NCBI GenBank assembly: GCA_045863335.1
Contig: BTVY01000054.1
Span: 1-39,396 of the forward strand
Reading direction: 5' to 3'
Source: Candidatus Hydrogenedentota bacterium
GTDB lineage: Bacteria > Hydrogenedentota > Hydrogenedentia > Hydrogenedentales > SLHB01
Length of the DNA stretch: 39,396 nucleotides
Below are positions 11,587 through 21,398 of the stretch, in pieces. Every line of letters begins with the position of its first letter. Positions within the stretch are counted from its first letter, which is position 1. A model generated the notes under the pieces. It saw only the letters and a program-made list of their open reading frames with translations. It did not search any database and was not told the DNA's origin. The position numbers and the translations under genes were made by a program.

Positions 11587-12359
11587 TCACCTGCCGAACG
11601 GAGAAAGAGATCGACATCCTTCGCGAAGCGAATCAGTTCGTCGCGGAGGTGCTCGTCACGTTGGCAGGGATGGTCGAGCCGGGGATTTCGACCGGCGAAC
11701 TGGACGCGACCGCGGAGAAGTTGATTCGCGCGCTGGGCGGCGAGCCTTCGTTTCTGGGGTATCACGGGTATCCGAAGAGCACATGCATCTCGGTGGATGA
11801 GGAGATTGTGCATGGCATCCCCGGGAAGCGGAAGCTGAAGGACGGCGAGATCGTCAGCATGGACGTGGGCGTGTACCACCGGGGCTATCACGGTGACGCG
11901 GCCGTGACGGTACCCTGTGGAACCGTCAATGATGTGCGTCAACGCTTGATGAAGGCGACGGACCTGGCCCTGACCCGGGCGATCGCGGCGGCCAAAGCCG
12001 GGAATCACCTGGAAGACGTTTCGCGGGCGGTACAGTTGGCCAGCGAAGATGCCGGGTTTTCGGTGGTCCGGAGTTTCGTGGGACACGGCATCGGCACCCG
12101 GATGCACGAAGAGCCGCAGATTCCGAACTTTGTGACGGGCGAGCGCGGCCCCGAATTGAAAGTGGGCATGGTGCTCGCCATTGAACCGATGGTCAATGTG
12201 GGAACGCCGGATGTGAAAGTATTGCGCGACGGATGGACGGCGGTCACGGCCGACGGCAAGCCGAGCGCGCATTTTGAACATAGCGTCGTAGTGCGCGAAC
12301 ACGGGGGAGAGATCCTTTCGGCGACCCCAAAACTGGTTTGGGGCAAGCAGGTCGCGTGA
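11583..12359 (+). CDS. map: Type I methionine aminopeptidase
   Basis: CISVDEEIVHGIP, DVG..YHGD, GHGIG..MHEEP, AIEPM, SAHFEHS; GTGA overlap with adk stop. Confidence 0.98.
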   Translation: MITCRTEKEIDILREANQFVAEVLVTLAGMVEPGISTGELDATAEKLIRALGGEPSFLGYHGYPKSTCISVDEEIVHGIPGKRKLKDGEIVSMDVGVYHRGYHGDAAVTVPCGTVNDVRQRLMKATDLALTRAIAAAKAGNHLEDVSRAVQLASEDAGFSVVRSFVGHGIGTRMHEEPQIPNFVTGERGPELKVGMVLAIEPMVNVGTPDVKVLRDGWTAVTADGKPSAHFEHSVVVREHGGEILSATPKLVWGKQVA

Positions 12360-12405
12360 AGCGCGGCCGGGTACTGTCGCCGGCCCGGAATGATATAGAC
12401 AACGT

Positions 12406-12624
12406 ATGCAAAAAGAAGAAGCCATAGAAGTCGAGGGTACGGTGGTTGAACCGTTGCCCAACGCCATGTTTCGCGTGGAGTTGAAGAACGGCCATATTGT
12501 GTTGGCCCACATCTCCGGAAAGATGCGGATGAATTTCATCCGGATCCTTCCGGGAGACCGCGTGAAACTGGAAATGTCGCCCTACGATTTGACGCGTGGG
12601 CGCATCACGTATCGGTACAAATAG
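12406..12624 (+). CDS. infA: Translation initiation factor IF-1
   Basis: [33 protein letters not shown]. Confidence 0.99.
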   Translation: MQKEEAIEVEGTVVEPLPNAMFRVELKNGHIVLAHISGKMRMNFIRILPGDRVKLEMSPYDLTRGRITYRYK

Positions 12625-12715
12625 GAAGTACGGAGCGCGGACACCGGTCCGCGGCCGCGACGTGTCAGGCGTGCCCTGACTCAACCGCGCGCGAGCGTTT
12701 CACGTGGAGTGAGCA

Positions 12716-12829
12716 ATGAAGGTTAGAAGTTCGGTCAAGAAGATTTGCGAGAAGTGCAAGATAATCCGCCGGCATGGCCAGGTCCGGGTGATCTGTGAGA
12801 ACCCGCGCCACAAGCAGAAACAGGGCTAA
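12716..12829 (+). CDS. rpmJ: 50S ribosomal protein L36 (bL36), zinc-ribbon form
   Basis: Manual translation [37 protein letters not shown] (37 aa); absent from the ORF track. Confidence 0.98.
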   Translation: MKVRSSVKKICEKCKIIRRHGQVRVICENPRHKQKQG

Positions 12830-12880
12830 GGCGGTTAGACGAGTGGGCTTCGACGCCCATTCCTGAGGAGAACGAAATCC

Positions 12881-13246
12881 ATGGCACGTGTAGTAGGTAT
12901 CGACCTTCCCCGCGAGAAACGGGTGGAAACCGGGGTGCAATACATCTACGGCATCGGTCCGGCCCGCGCGAAAGCGTTGATGGAGGAGACCGGTATCAAC
13001 CCGAGCACGCGCATCCGCGACTTGACGGATGAGGAAGTGAGCCGGTTGACGACGGCGATCACGACGAAGTACGCCGTGGAAGGCGATCTGCGCCGCGAGG
13101 TCATGTCGAATATCAAGCGTCTGATGGACATCAACTGCTACCGGGGCCAGCGCCATAAGCGCGGGTTGCCGGTGCGCGGTCAGCGGACGCACACCAACGC
13201 CCGGACCCGGAAGGGCCCCCGCGGCGCGACGGTCAAGAAGAAGTAA
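12881..13246 (+). CDS. rpsM: 30S ribosomal protein S13 (uS13)
   Basis: [40 protein letters not shown]. Confidence 0.99.
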   Translation: MARVVGIDLPREKRVETGVQYIYGIGPARAKALMEETGINPSTRIRDLTDEEVSRLTTAITTKYAVEGDLRREVMSNIKRLMDINCYRGQRHKRGLPVRGQRTHTNARTRKGPRGATVKKK

Positions 13247-13342
13247 GGTTTTGTAACGACGTAGAAGCACGCTGCTGCGTGCACGTATAGAGCATTGCCG
13301 GCGGAAAACGAACCGGACGGCACACCCAGGAGGCACAGGTAA

Positions 13343-13741
13343 GTGGCCAAGGAAAAGAGGAAAGCGAAGGGCAAGAAACGGCGTACCGCCCTCAACGTGA
13401 CGTCGGGTGTCGCGCACATTCAAGCGACATTCAACAACACGATCGTGTCCATTACGGACAGCCAGGGCAACGTCATCTCGTGGTCGAGCGCGGGGCAGGT
13501 CGGTTTTGTCGGGTCCCGCAAGAGCACCGCGTTTGCCGCCCAGGTTGCCGCCGAGGCCGCCGCGCAGAAGGCCCGTGAAGTGGGTCTGCGCGAGGTCCGG
13601 GTGCACGTGAATGGCCCCGGCGCGGGCCGGGAGTCGGCGATTCGCGCGATTCAGGCCACCGGGCTGGACATCACGCTGATTCGCGACGTCACCAGTATCC
13701 CGCACAATGGATGCCGGCCGCCGAAACGCCGTCGCGTCTAG
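13343..13741 (+). CDS. rpsK: 30S ribosomal protein S11 (uS11)
   Basis: [44 protein letters not shown]. Confidence 0.99.
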   Translation: MAKEKRKAKGKKRRTALNVTSGVAHIQATFNNTIVSITDSQGNVISWSSAGQVGFVGSRKSTAFAAQVAAEAAAQKAREVGLREVRVHVNGPGAGRESAIRAIQATGLDITLIRDVTSIPHNGCRPPKRRRV

Positions 13742-13827
13742 CGGCACGGCGTTGCGCTGCACCCATTCCACATTGGAAAACGTGGAACACCTGAGTCACG
13801 GCCGCACTGCCGGGGAGAACTGAACGA

Positions 13828-14856
13828 ATGATAGCTCACGATTTCGTAATACCGAAATTTGTAAAGATTGACGACGGCGCGACGGGCCAATACGCCCGGT
13901 ACACTGTGGAAGCCTTCGAACGCGGCTACGGCACGACGATCGGCAACTCGCTGCGGCGGGTGCTGTTGGCATCGCTCGAAGGTTCGGCGGTGACGGCGAT
14001 CCGGATTGAAGGCATCCAACACGAGTTCTCGGCGATCCCCGGGGTCAAAGAAGACGTGACGGATGTGGTCCTGAACTTCAAGAAGTGCCAGCTACGCCTG
14101 AACCGTCAGGAACCAATTATCTTCACCTTCAAGCACAAGGGTCAGGGTGAAGTGACCGCGGGCGAAGTATTCAAAGGCCAGGATATCGAGGTATTCAATC
14201 CAGACCACGTGATCTTTAACTGCACGAATGCGTCCAGCACGATCGAGATGGAGATCAAGGTGGCCCGCGGACGCGGCTACCAGACGGCGGACCATTTCGA
14301 GTTGGAGCACGCGGCCATCGGCACCATCTACCTGGATGCGAACTTTTCGCCGGTAACGCGTGTCAACTTCTCGGTGGAAGACGCGCGCGTGGGGCAGCGG
14401 ACCGACTACGATCGCCTGATCATGGAAATCTGGACGAACGGTTCGATTACGCCCGAGACCGCGCTCGAAGAGGCCGCGGCGCTGCTGATGGACCACCTGA
14501 AGATCTTCGTGCACCAGCGGCAAGAGGATGACATCACCGGCGGCAGCGGCGGTCCGGAAGATCCGGAAATGGTGCGCACCCTGGGGCGTCCGGTCGAGGA
14601 GTTGGAGTTGAGCGTGCGCGCGGCGAACTGCCTGAAGGCGGCGAACATCCGCACCATTGGCGACTTGGTGGCGCGGAACGAATCGGAGATGCTGCAGTTC
14701 CACAACTTTGGCAAGAAGTCGCTGGACGAGATCAAGGCGATTCTGGAAAGCTTGGGACTTTCCCTGGGCATGAATGCCGGCGTTGCGGCGGCCGTCCCGG
14801 CGGCGGCTCCAGCCGATGAGACTGAAGAAGAAGATTACGACGAAGAAGACGAGTAA
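13828..14856 (+). CDS. rpoA: DNA-directed RNA polymerase subunit alpha
   Basis: [39 protein letters not shown], alpha-[21 protein letters not shown]. Confidence 0.99.
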   Translation: MIAHDFVIPKFVKIDDGATGQYARYTVEAFERGYGTTIGNSLRRVLLASLEGSAVTAIRIEGIQHEFSAIPGVKEDVTDVVLNFKKCQLRLNRQEPIIFTFKHKGQGEVTAGEVFKGQDIEVFNPDHVIFNCTNASSTIEMEIKVARGRGYQTADHFELEHAAIGTIYLDANFSPVTRVNFSVEDARVGQRTDYDRLIMEIWTNGSITPETALEEAAALLMDHLKIFVHQRQEDDITGGSGGPEDPEMVRTLGRPVEELELSVRAANCLKAANIRTIGDLVARNESEMLQFHNFGKKSLDEIKAILESLGLSLGMNAGVAAAVPAAAPADETEEEDYDEEDE

Positions 14857-14891
14857 GCGAAACCCGCGAGAGCGATAGAGGTACGAGAGCG

Positions 14892-15266
14892 ATGAGGCAC
14901 CGCAAGGCAGGACGTCGGCTGGGACGGAACTCCAGCCACCGGAAGGCGACGATGAAGAATCTCGCCCTGGCGCTATTCAAGTACAACGCCATTGAAACGA
15001 CCGTGGCGAAATCGAAGGAGCTGCGCGTGTTTGCCGAGCCCCTCATTACCATGGCGCGTGAGGATACCGTGGCGAACCGCCGCCGCGCGTTCGCCGAACT
15101 TCGGGATGACGCGGTGGTGTCGAAGCTGTTCACGGAGATTGCGCCGAGCTTCGCCGATCGGCCGGGCGGGTACACGCGTATTCTACGCATGGGCAACCGC
15201 GTCGGCGACGCGGCGCCGATGGCGCGCATCGAGCTGGTCGGCCTGGGCGAGTACCAGGAAGATTAG
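14892..15266 (+). CDS. rplQ: 50S ribosomal protein L17 (bL17)
   Basis: [38 protein letters not shown]. Confidence 0.99.
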   Translation: MRHRKAGRRLGRNSSHRKATMKNLALALFKYNAIETTVAKSKELRVFAEPLITMAREDTVANRRRAFAELRDDAVVSKLFTEIAPSFADRPGGYTRILRMGNRVGDAAPMARIELVGLGEYQED

Positions 15267-15288
15267 TCAGTTCAAGAGGGTCATATTG

Positions 15289-15326
15289 CCTGCGGGCGCT
15301 GACGAGCGTCCGCAGGTTTCGTTTTT
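15289..15326 (+). terminator. Intrinsic terminator closing the r-protein supercluster
   Basis: CCTGCGGGCGCT-GACG-AGCGTCCGCAGG stem followed by TTTCGTTTTT. Confidence 0.85.
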
Positions 15327-15384
15327 CCGGAGACGTGCGCACGGACGCACATGGACAATGAACGGCCGCGAAGTACCGGCCGGC

Positions 15385-16353
15385 TCAGTAGCCGCGGGCC
15401 GTTTGCATGACGCGGAGGTTCTCGAGGCCCTCCCGGGCGGGCACGGGAAATGGCTCACCATTGAGGACGGCCCGACCGAACGCCTCGACCTGATTGCGGT
15501 ACGGATTCACGTTGTGGGCGCCGGAAACCTTGGGTTCGCCGTTGCCCTGTCCGCGTGTGACCAAACCGCCGTGTCCGAAGTAGGTCCGTTCGCAGATGCA
15601 GTATGCATCGGTGCCGTACATCTCGATGCGGGCGGGCCCTCCTGCGCCGGTAGACGCCTCGGCAACCCCCACCGCACCACCCTTGAAACGCATCGTCACC
15701 AGGGCGTGGTCGTCCGTCTCGAAGCCCCATCGGGGGCTGGACAGAATCCCCTGCGCGGCCTCGACATCGCCCATGAACCATCGGCACAGATCGATGAGGT
15801 GCGTGCCGATATCCGATAAGGCCCAGCCGCCAGAGGTTGCTCGCTTTCTTCTCCAATCGGAGGGTGGCTCATCATGGGCGAAGTACAATTGTGCGCGGAA
15901 GAAGACCGGGCTGCCGAAACGGCCCGCCTTCCACTCCTGACGCAATTCCTGGTGGAGCGGGTGGTGCCGGAGGTGGTAGCCGATTCCGAGTTGCCGATCC
16001 GCTTCCTCGGCGGCGGAGATCATGGCTTCGCATTCGGCGACGTTCAGCGCCATCGGCTTTTCGCAGAGGACGTGTTTACCGGCCTTCAATGCGGCGATGG
16101 TTTGGGGCGCGTGCAGGTGGTTCGCGCTGGCCACCCAAATCGCGTCAATGGTGTCATCCGCAAGAAACGCATCAAGATCCGCGTAGCCCTTTTCCACCTC
16201 ATGTTTCTCGCAGTAAGCGTCCGCATTCGCTTGTTTACTGCTAAGCACCGCGTGCAAGCAGCCATTGTCGGCGGCGGCAATGGCGGGGCCGAACGTCGAG
16301 TCCGCCCAGCCGGTCGATCCGATCAGCCCCCAATTGACTTGTGGCTTACTCAT
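15385..16353 (-). CDS. Gfo/Idh/MocA family oxidoreductase
   Basis: N-terminal Rossmann WGLIGSTG, GKHVLCEKPMA, GGWALSDIGTHLID. Confidence 0.93.
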   Translation of the reverse strand: MSKPQVNWGLIGSTGWADSTFGPAIAAADNGCLHAVLSSKQANADAYCEKHEVEKGYADLDAFLADDTIDAIWVASANHLHAPQTIAALKAGKHVLCEKPMALNVAECEAMISAAEEADRQLGIGYHLRHHPLHQELRQEWKAGRFGSPVFFRAQLYFAHDEPPSDWRRKRATSGGWALSDIGTHLIDLCRWFMGDVEAAQGILSSPRWGFETDDHALVTMRFKGGAVGVAEASTGAGGPARIEMYGTDAYCICERTYFGHGGLVTRGQGNGEPKVSGAHNVNPYRNQVEAFGRAVLNGEPFPVPAREGLENLRVMQTARGY

Positions 16354-16401
16354 GGTTCATCTCCCCGTCGGCCTTCCAAATCCCCCATTATTCGCATTTT
16401 T

Positions 16402-16430
16402 ACTATACACCCGAACGGGGTTTTTCGCAA
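16402..16430 (-). promoter_or_regulatory. Putative sigma70 promoter of the Gfo/Idh/MocA gene
   Basis: Minus strand TTGCGA-N17-TATAGT. Confidence 0.6.
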
Positions 16431-16583
16431 ACGTTTCCGTGGATCGAGATACGGGAAGTGCTGCCGAAGGACCAACCTGGCAAGACGCCTCCGCTCGGGT
16501 GATACTGCGTAACCCGTTTCGATGCAAGCCCAAGGCGGTTTGCGTGCTGCTTTTAACGAAAACTCCCGTCCGGCTTGAACGGC

Positions 16584-16592
16584 TGCTATAAT
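16584..16592 (+). promoter_or_regulatory. Extended -10 promoter of mutS (probably leaderless)
   Basis: TGCTATAAT ending 8 nt before ATG 16601; no SD. Confidence 0.65.
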
Positions 16593-16600
16593 GCGCGCCT

Positions 16601-19237
16601 ATGGCTACCCAGTGGAAGAAATTGAGCGAAATATCCGACGCAAAACTGACCCCCATGCTCCGGCAGTACCTCGAAGCCAAGGCGGATAGCGGAGATTCTC
16701 TGCTGTTTTTCCGCATGGGTGACTTCTATGAAATGTTCTTTGAAGACGCGGTCGAAGCGGCGGAACTGCTCGGAATCGCGTTGACCTCGCGTGACGCGGT
16801 AAACAAAGACGACCGGATTCCCATGGCGGGGGTGCCGGTGCGGGCCGTGGATGCCTACGTGGCCAAGGCCATCAAGGCGGGTCGGACGGTGACCATCTGC
16901 GAGCAGATGGAGAACCCGAAGGATGCCAAGGGGGTCGTCAAAAGGGCCATCGTCCGGACCATCACGCCAGGGACTGTGACCGAACCGGAGTTGCTGGACG
17001 ACACGTCGAACAACTTCCTTGGCGCGCTGACGATCAAGGGCGGCAGGGGCGGTTTGGCGTTGGTGGACGTGAGTACCGGCGAGTTTCTGGCTGCGCAGAT
17101 TGACAGCGATCCCGAGCGCGTCTTGACCGACGAGTTGACCCGCATGGCGCCTACCGAGATGCTGGTGCCCGCGTTTATGGACGAGGACGTGCTGAGGCGG
17201 TTGCGCGAGCGGTTCTCCGGCGTCCGTTTCACGCAGCGGACGGATGACGAGTTCGACGCGGACGACAGCCGCGACTTGTTGCTCGATCAGTTTGGGCTGC
17301 GCACGCTGAAGGGGCTGGGCCTGGACGACGCGCCGGAAGCGTCCTGTTGCGCGGGGGCCGTCGTGGCCTATGTGAAATCGACCCAGCGCGACGCGGTGCC
17401 GCACTTGCGGTTTCCGCGCCGGTACAGTCCGTCCCAGTACGTGGTTCTCGACGTCAACACGCAGCGGAATTTGGAGTTGGTCGAGTCCATGACCGATCGC
17501 AAAGGCCGGGGAACGCTGTTGTCCGTGCTGGACCGCACCCTGACCAGCATGGGCAGCCGGAAACTGCGGCACTGGATACTGCATCCGCTACTTGGCGTGG
17601 ATGAGATCCGGGCGCGACACGATGCAATCGACGAATTGCTGGACGACGCGGAATTGCGGTTGCGTCTGCGCGACATTCTGCGCGGCGTGGCCGATATCGA
17701 ACGGTTGACGGGCCGCCTCACGGCGCGGGCGGGGAACGGTCGCGACGTGGTTTCTTTGGGCCGATCGCTGGAGCAGGCGCCTGCAATGCAACAGATCCTC
17801 GCGCGTTGTCAGTATTCACTGCTGGCCGGTCTGCGCGATTCCATGGATGCCTTGGACGACGTGGCGGGGTGGATCGCGTCGGCCATCGTCGATGAGCCGC
17901 CCGTATCCGTGACCGAAGGGAACCTGATCCGGGACGGATACGATCCGGAACTCGACCGGTTTCGCGATTTGGTGCGGGGAGGGCGCGATTGGATCGCCAC
18001 GCTCCAGCGGGAGGAATCCGAGCGCACGAAGATCCCGAATCTGAAGGTGGGGTACAACAAGGTATTTGGGTACTACCTGGAAGTGACGCGGTCGTACACC
18101 CACCTGGTGCCGGAAGATTACGAACGCAAGCAGACACTGGTGAACGCCGAGCGTTATGTCACGCCGAAGCTGAAGTCGCGGGAAGAAGAAATCGTCACCG
18201 CGCAGGAGAAAATGCAGACGCTCGAGTACGATCTCTTTGTCGCACTGCGGGACCGCATCAGCGCCGAAGCGCGGCGAATCCAGGAAACGGCCGATGCCAT
18301 CGCAACCATCGACGTCCTGCTTTCACTGGCGGAAACCGCGGCGATTAAAGGGTACACCAAACCCGTCATCGACGATTCCGAAGAGCTGCGCATCCGGGAT
18401 GGCCGGCATCCGGTGGTCGAGGACCTGATGGCGCGCAACGATTTCGTCGCGAACGACACCGTGCTCGATCCGGCGAAAGCGGCGCTACTGATCGTGACGG
18501 GCCCGAACATGGCCGGTAAGTCCACGTACCTCCGGCAAGTGGCGTTGATCACGCTCATGGCGCAGATGGGGAGTTTCGTGCCCGCCGCGGAAGCGCATAT
18601 CGGGGTGGTGGATCGCATCTTCACGCGTGTCGGCGCGTCCGACAATCTCGTGCGCGGGGAAAGTACCTTCATGGTGGAGATGATCGAGACGGCGAACATC
18701 ATCAACACCGCAACCGAACGCAGCCTGCTCGTGCTCGATGAGATCGGCCGGGGGACGAGCACCTTCGACGGGATCAGCATTGCGTGGTCCGTGGCGGAGC
18801 ATATCCACGATCGAATTCGCGCGAAGACGCTCTTTGCCACGCACTACCATGAACTGACCGAGCTTGCGAACACGCTGGAGCGCGCCAAGAACCTCAACGT
18901 AGCCGTGCGCGAGTGGGGCGGAAAGGTCGTGTTTCTCTATCGCATCGTGGACGGCGGCGCCGATCACAGTTACGGCATTCAGGTCGCGAAACTGGCGGGG
19001 TTGCCGCCCGCGGTGATTGAGCGCGCGCGGGATATCCTGGAGTCGCTGGAAGCGGGGAACCCCGCTTCGACGGGCCTGCCGGAACAGATGTATTTGTTCG
19101 GCGCGCAGACCGCGGAACCAAGCCGGGTGGAGAAAGAACTGGAGACGATTAACCCCGACGAGTTGTCGCCGAAGGACGCACACGAGTTGGTGTACCACCT
19201 GAAGCATCTCATGGCCAAGCCTCGCCACGAGCGATAG
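16601..19237 (+). CDS. mutS: DNA mismatch repair protein MutS (MutS1)
   Basis: TPMLRQY, FFRMGDFYEMF, Walker A TGPNMAGKSTY, GESTFMVEM, DEIGRGTSTFDG, FATHYHEL, SYGIQVAKLAG; QMYLF clamp-like motif near the C-terminus. Confidence 0.99.
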   Translation: MATQWKKLSEISDAKLTPMLRQYLEAKADSGDSLLFFRMGDFYEMFFEDAVEAAELLGIALTSRDAVNKDDRIPMAGVPVRAVDAYVAKAIKAGRTVTICEQMENPKDAKGVVKRAIVRTITPGTVTEPELLDDTSNNFLGALTIKGGRGGLALVDVSTGEFLAAQIDSDPERVLTDELTRMAPTEMLVPAFMDEDVLRRLRERFSGVRFTQRTDDEFDADDSRDLLLDQFGLRTLKGLGLDDAPEASCCAGAVVAYVKSTQRDAVPHLRFPRRYSPSQYVVLDVNTQRNLELVESMTDRKGRGTLLSVLDRTLTSMGSRKLRHWILHPLLGVDEIRARHDAIDELLDDAELRLRLRDILRGVADIERLTGRLTARAGNGRDVVSLGRSLEQAPAMQQILARCQYSLLAGLRDSMDALDDVAGWIASAIVDEPPVSVTEGNLIRDGYDPELDRFRDLVRGGRDWIATLQREESERTKIPNLKVGYNKVFGYYLEVTRSYTHLVPEDYERKQTLVNAERYVTPKLKSREEEIVTAQEKMQTLEYDLFVALRDRISAEARRIQETADAIATIDVLLSLAETAAIKGYTKPVIDDSEELRIRDGRHPVVEDLMARNDFVANDTVLDPAKAALLIVTGPNMAGKSTYLRQVALITLMAQMGSFVPAAEAHIGVVDRIFTRVGASDNLVRGESTFMVEMIETANIINTATERSLLVLDEIGRGTSTFDGISIAWSVAEHIHDRIRAKTLFATHYHELTELANTLERAKNLNVAVREWGGKVVFLYRIVDGGADHSYGIQVAKLAGLPPAVIERARDILESLEAGNPASTGLPEQMYLFGAQTAEPSRVEKELETINPDELSPKDAHELVYHLKHLMAKPRHER

Positions 19238-19326
19238 CGCTCCAGAATTATTCCAATCTTCCACCTGTTTTCAGGTACACTTGTTCGCGGTAGGAAGCTG
19301 TTGTACAAGGCAAAGGTTTTCAATTC

Positions 19327-19965
19327 ATGAATGGATCCACCCTGCGCGAGGAAATCGCGAACAGCATTACGCACGGAATCGGTTTTCTGCTGAGCATCGT
19401 CGGACTCGTCGTGCTCGTGGTATCGGCGTCTGCCGACGGCGATCCGTGGAAGGTCGTCAGTTTCTCGGTCTATGGCGGCACGCTGGTGGCGCTGTATCTC
19501 GCGTCGACTTTCTATCACAGTTTTCACTCGCCACGGCTGAAACATGCGCTGCGGGTGGTCGATCATTGCGCGATTTATTTGCTCATCGCGGGGACTTACA
19601 CGCCGTTCACCCTGCTGAACCTGCGCGGTCCGCTGGGGTGGACCCTGTTCGGAATCATCTGGGGACTCGCCGCTATCGGGATCGGGGCCAAAGCGTTTCA
19701 CGTGGATCGCTATCCGATTCTGACACCTTTGATCTACATCGCCATGGGATGGATCGGGGCGTTCGCCGCGTTACCGTCTCTCGAACTGATACCTGCCCCC
19801 GGAATCGCGCTGCTCTTCGCGGGCGGTGTCACGTATACCCTGGGCGTGATCTTCTACGCGCTGGAACGGCTTCCCTACAACCATGCCATTTGGCATCTCT
19901 TCGTGCTGTGCGCCAGCGCGTTTCACTTCTTCGCCGTGCTCTTCTACGCGGTTCCTCTGGTCTGA
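19327..19965 (+). CDS. Hemolysin III / PAQR (TrhA-like) membrane protein
   Basis: EEIANSITHG, STFYHS, DHCAIYLLIAGTYTP, HAIWHLFV; about 7 hydrophobic segments. Confidence 0.95.
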   Translation: MNGSTLREEIANSITHGIGFLLSIVGLVVLVVSASADGDPWKVVSFSVYGGTLVALYLASTFYHSFHSPRLKHALRVVDHCAIYLLIAGTYTPFTLLNLRGPLGWTLFGIIWGLAAIGIGAKAFHVDRYPILTPLIYIAMGWIGAFAALPSLELIPAPGIALLFAGGVTYTLGVIFYALERLPYNHAIWHLFVLCASAFHFFAVLFYAVPLV

Positions 19966-19975
19966 TCCGGCATTC

Positions 19976-20004
19976 TTGACGTTCCCGGCGCGGGTCGCCA
20001 CAAT
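19976..20004 (+). promoter_or_regulatory. Putative sigma70 promoter for fkbM-like/Nudix genes
   Basis: TTGACG-N17-CACAAT. Confidence 0.5.
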
Positions 20005-20034
20005 TCCCTGAACGGTTGCGGAAGGAGAAGTTCC

Positions 20035-20736
20035 ATGGCTGAAGTCGAAGTGTCGCCGCAGGGGCAGTGGGTGATCGACCGCGTGTTTCCGGGGAAGCGG
20101 GAAGGATGGTTTATCGAAGCGGGCGCGTCGATTGGGACGATCGGTTCCAACACCTATGCCCTCGAGCGGGACTACGGATGGCGGGGGCTGTGCGTCGAGC
20201 CTCATCCCGATTCCTACGCGGAGCTGGTGAAGAACCGGAAATGCGCCACGGCGAATTGTTGTCTCACCTCGCGGAACATGGACGTGGATTTCGTGATGAA
20301 CCCGGAGATCCCGGGCACGAGCGGCATTCAGGAAACCCTGGCGCCGACGGTGAAGGGAACTTTCTACCGCAACGATACGCAGTATGAAGCCATCAAGGTG
20401 CCGGGACGTCCAGTATGGGAACTACTCCGCGAACACGAAGCGCCGCGCACGATCGACTACTTCAGCCTGGACATCGAGGGCGCGGAGTATGAGGCAATGA
20501 AGGACTTCCCCTTCGAGGAGTTCACCTTTGGGGCGATGACGATCGAGCGGGGTTCCAAAGATTATCTGAAACTGCGCGCCCTGTTGCAGGCGAAGAGATA
20601 CCGGCTCGTTGCCGTGGACACCATGGACGACTTTTGGGTCCATGAAAGCACGGAGTACGCGATGGGATTCGGCGAGCGGATGCAGGTGGCGATCCGATGC
20701 GCACTGCAGCAGATTAAAGCGGCGTTGCGCTCGTGA
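20035..20736 (+). CDS. FkbM family SAM-dependent methyltransferase
   Basis: FIEAGASIG..SNT, GLCVEP, IDYFSLDIEGAE; SD AAGGAG. Confidence 0.9.
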   Translation: MAEVEVSPQGQWVIDRVFPGKREGWFIEAGASIGTIGSNTYALERDYGWRGLCVEPHPDSYAELVKNRKCATANCCLTSRNMDVDFVMNPEIPGTSGIQETLAPTVKGTFYRNDTQYEAIKVPGRPVWELLREHEAPRTIDYFSLDIEGAEYEAMKDFPFEEFTFGAMTIERGSKDYLKLRALLQAKRYRLVAVDTMDDFWVHESTEYAMGFGERMQVAIRCALQQIKAALRS

Positions 20737-20757
20737 ACTCGGGTCGAGGGTAAGGAA

Positions 20758-21246
20758 TTGCCGTACACACCCATACTGGCCACGTTGGGGTATGTCATGT
20801 CCGCCGACGGTGAGAAGGTCCTGATGGTACATCGCCACAAGCGGGACAGCGACCAGCACCTGGGCAAGTACAACGGTCTTGGCGGCAAGCTGGACCCCGG
20901 CGAAGACGTGGTGTCGTGCATGAAACGCGAGATTCGCGAAGAAGCGGGTATCGAGTGCCTCGATTTGACGTTGCGCGGGACGATCAGTTGGCCGGGTTTC
21001 GGCAAAGGCGGAGAGGACTGGTTCGGTTTCGTGTTTCGCATCGACCGGTTCGAGGGGACGCCGTACACGGAGAACCCCGAGGGGACGCTGGAGTGGATCC
21101 CCGTGGACCAGGTGCCGGACCTGCCCTTGTGGGAAGGCGACCCCCACTTCCTGCCGCTGGTATTTTCCGACGATCCCAGGCCGTTTCATGGTCATATGCC
21201 TTACGACGGGGGACGGCCCGTGAGCTGGTCGTACACGCTCTGCTAA
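20758..21246 (+). CDS. Nudix hydrolase (8-oxo-dGTP diphosphatase-like)
   Basis: Nudix box GGKLDPGEDVVSCMKREIREEAG; EGTLEW..LPLWEGD; TTG start after AAGGA. Confidence 0.88.
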   Translation: MPYTPILATLGYVMSADGEKVLMVHRHKRDSDQHLGKYNGLGGKLDPGEDVVSCMKREIREEAGIECLDLTLRGTISWPGFGKGGEDWFGFVFRIDRFEGTPYTENPEGTLEWIPVDQVPDLPLWEGDPHFLPLVFSDDPRPFHGHMPYDGGRPVSWSYTLC

Positions 21247-21258
21247 AAGGATCGGCGC

Positions 21259-21315
21259 ATGTAGCGCAGGCGTCTCGCCTGCAACCAAGAAGCAGGCGGG
21301 ACGCCTGCGCTACAT
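21259..21315. repeat. GTAG-type REP-like palindrome (inverted pair)
   Basis: ATGTAGCGCAGGCGTCTCGCCTGC, 9-nt spacer, GCAGGCGGGACGCCTGCGCTACAT: 24-bp arms with one G-U pair. Confidence 0.85.
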
Positions 21316-21322
21316 TTCATTG

Positions 21323-21351
21323 TTTACTGGTGGGCAGGTTTGATCTAGAGT
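21323..21351 (+). promoter_or_regulatory. Putative sigma70 promoter of the TIM-barrel gene
   Basis: TTTACT-N17-TAGAGT. Confidence 0.45.
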
Positions 21352-21398
21352 GGAAGCCGTTTTTCGCTTGTTTTCCAACCTACTGAAGGGCGGGTGTT

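Noticed and set aside
12391-12408. Leaderless promoter for infA (TGATATAGAC before the ATG)
   Set aside because: The candidate -10 lacks the conserved final T, and infA lies within a continuous operon.
16431-16560. Chain of small hairpins between the Gfo/Idh/MocA gene and mutS as a possible sRNA
   Set aside because: The stems are short and imperfect, with no dedicated promoter/terminator pair and no recognisable family.
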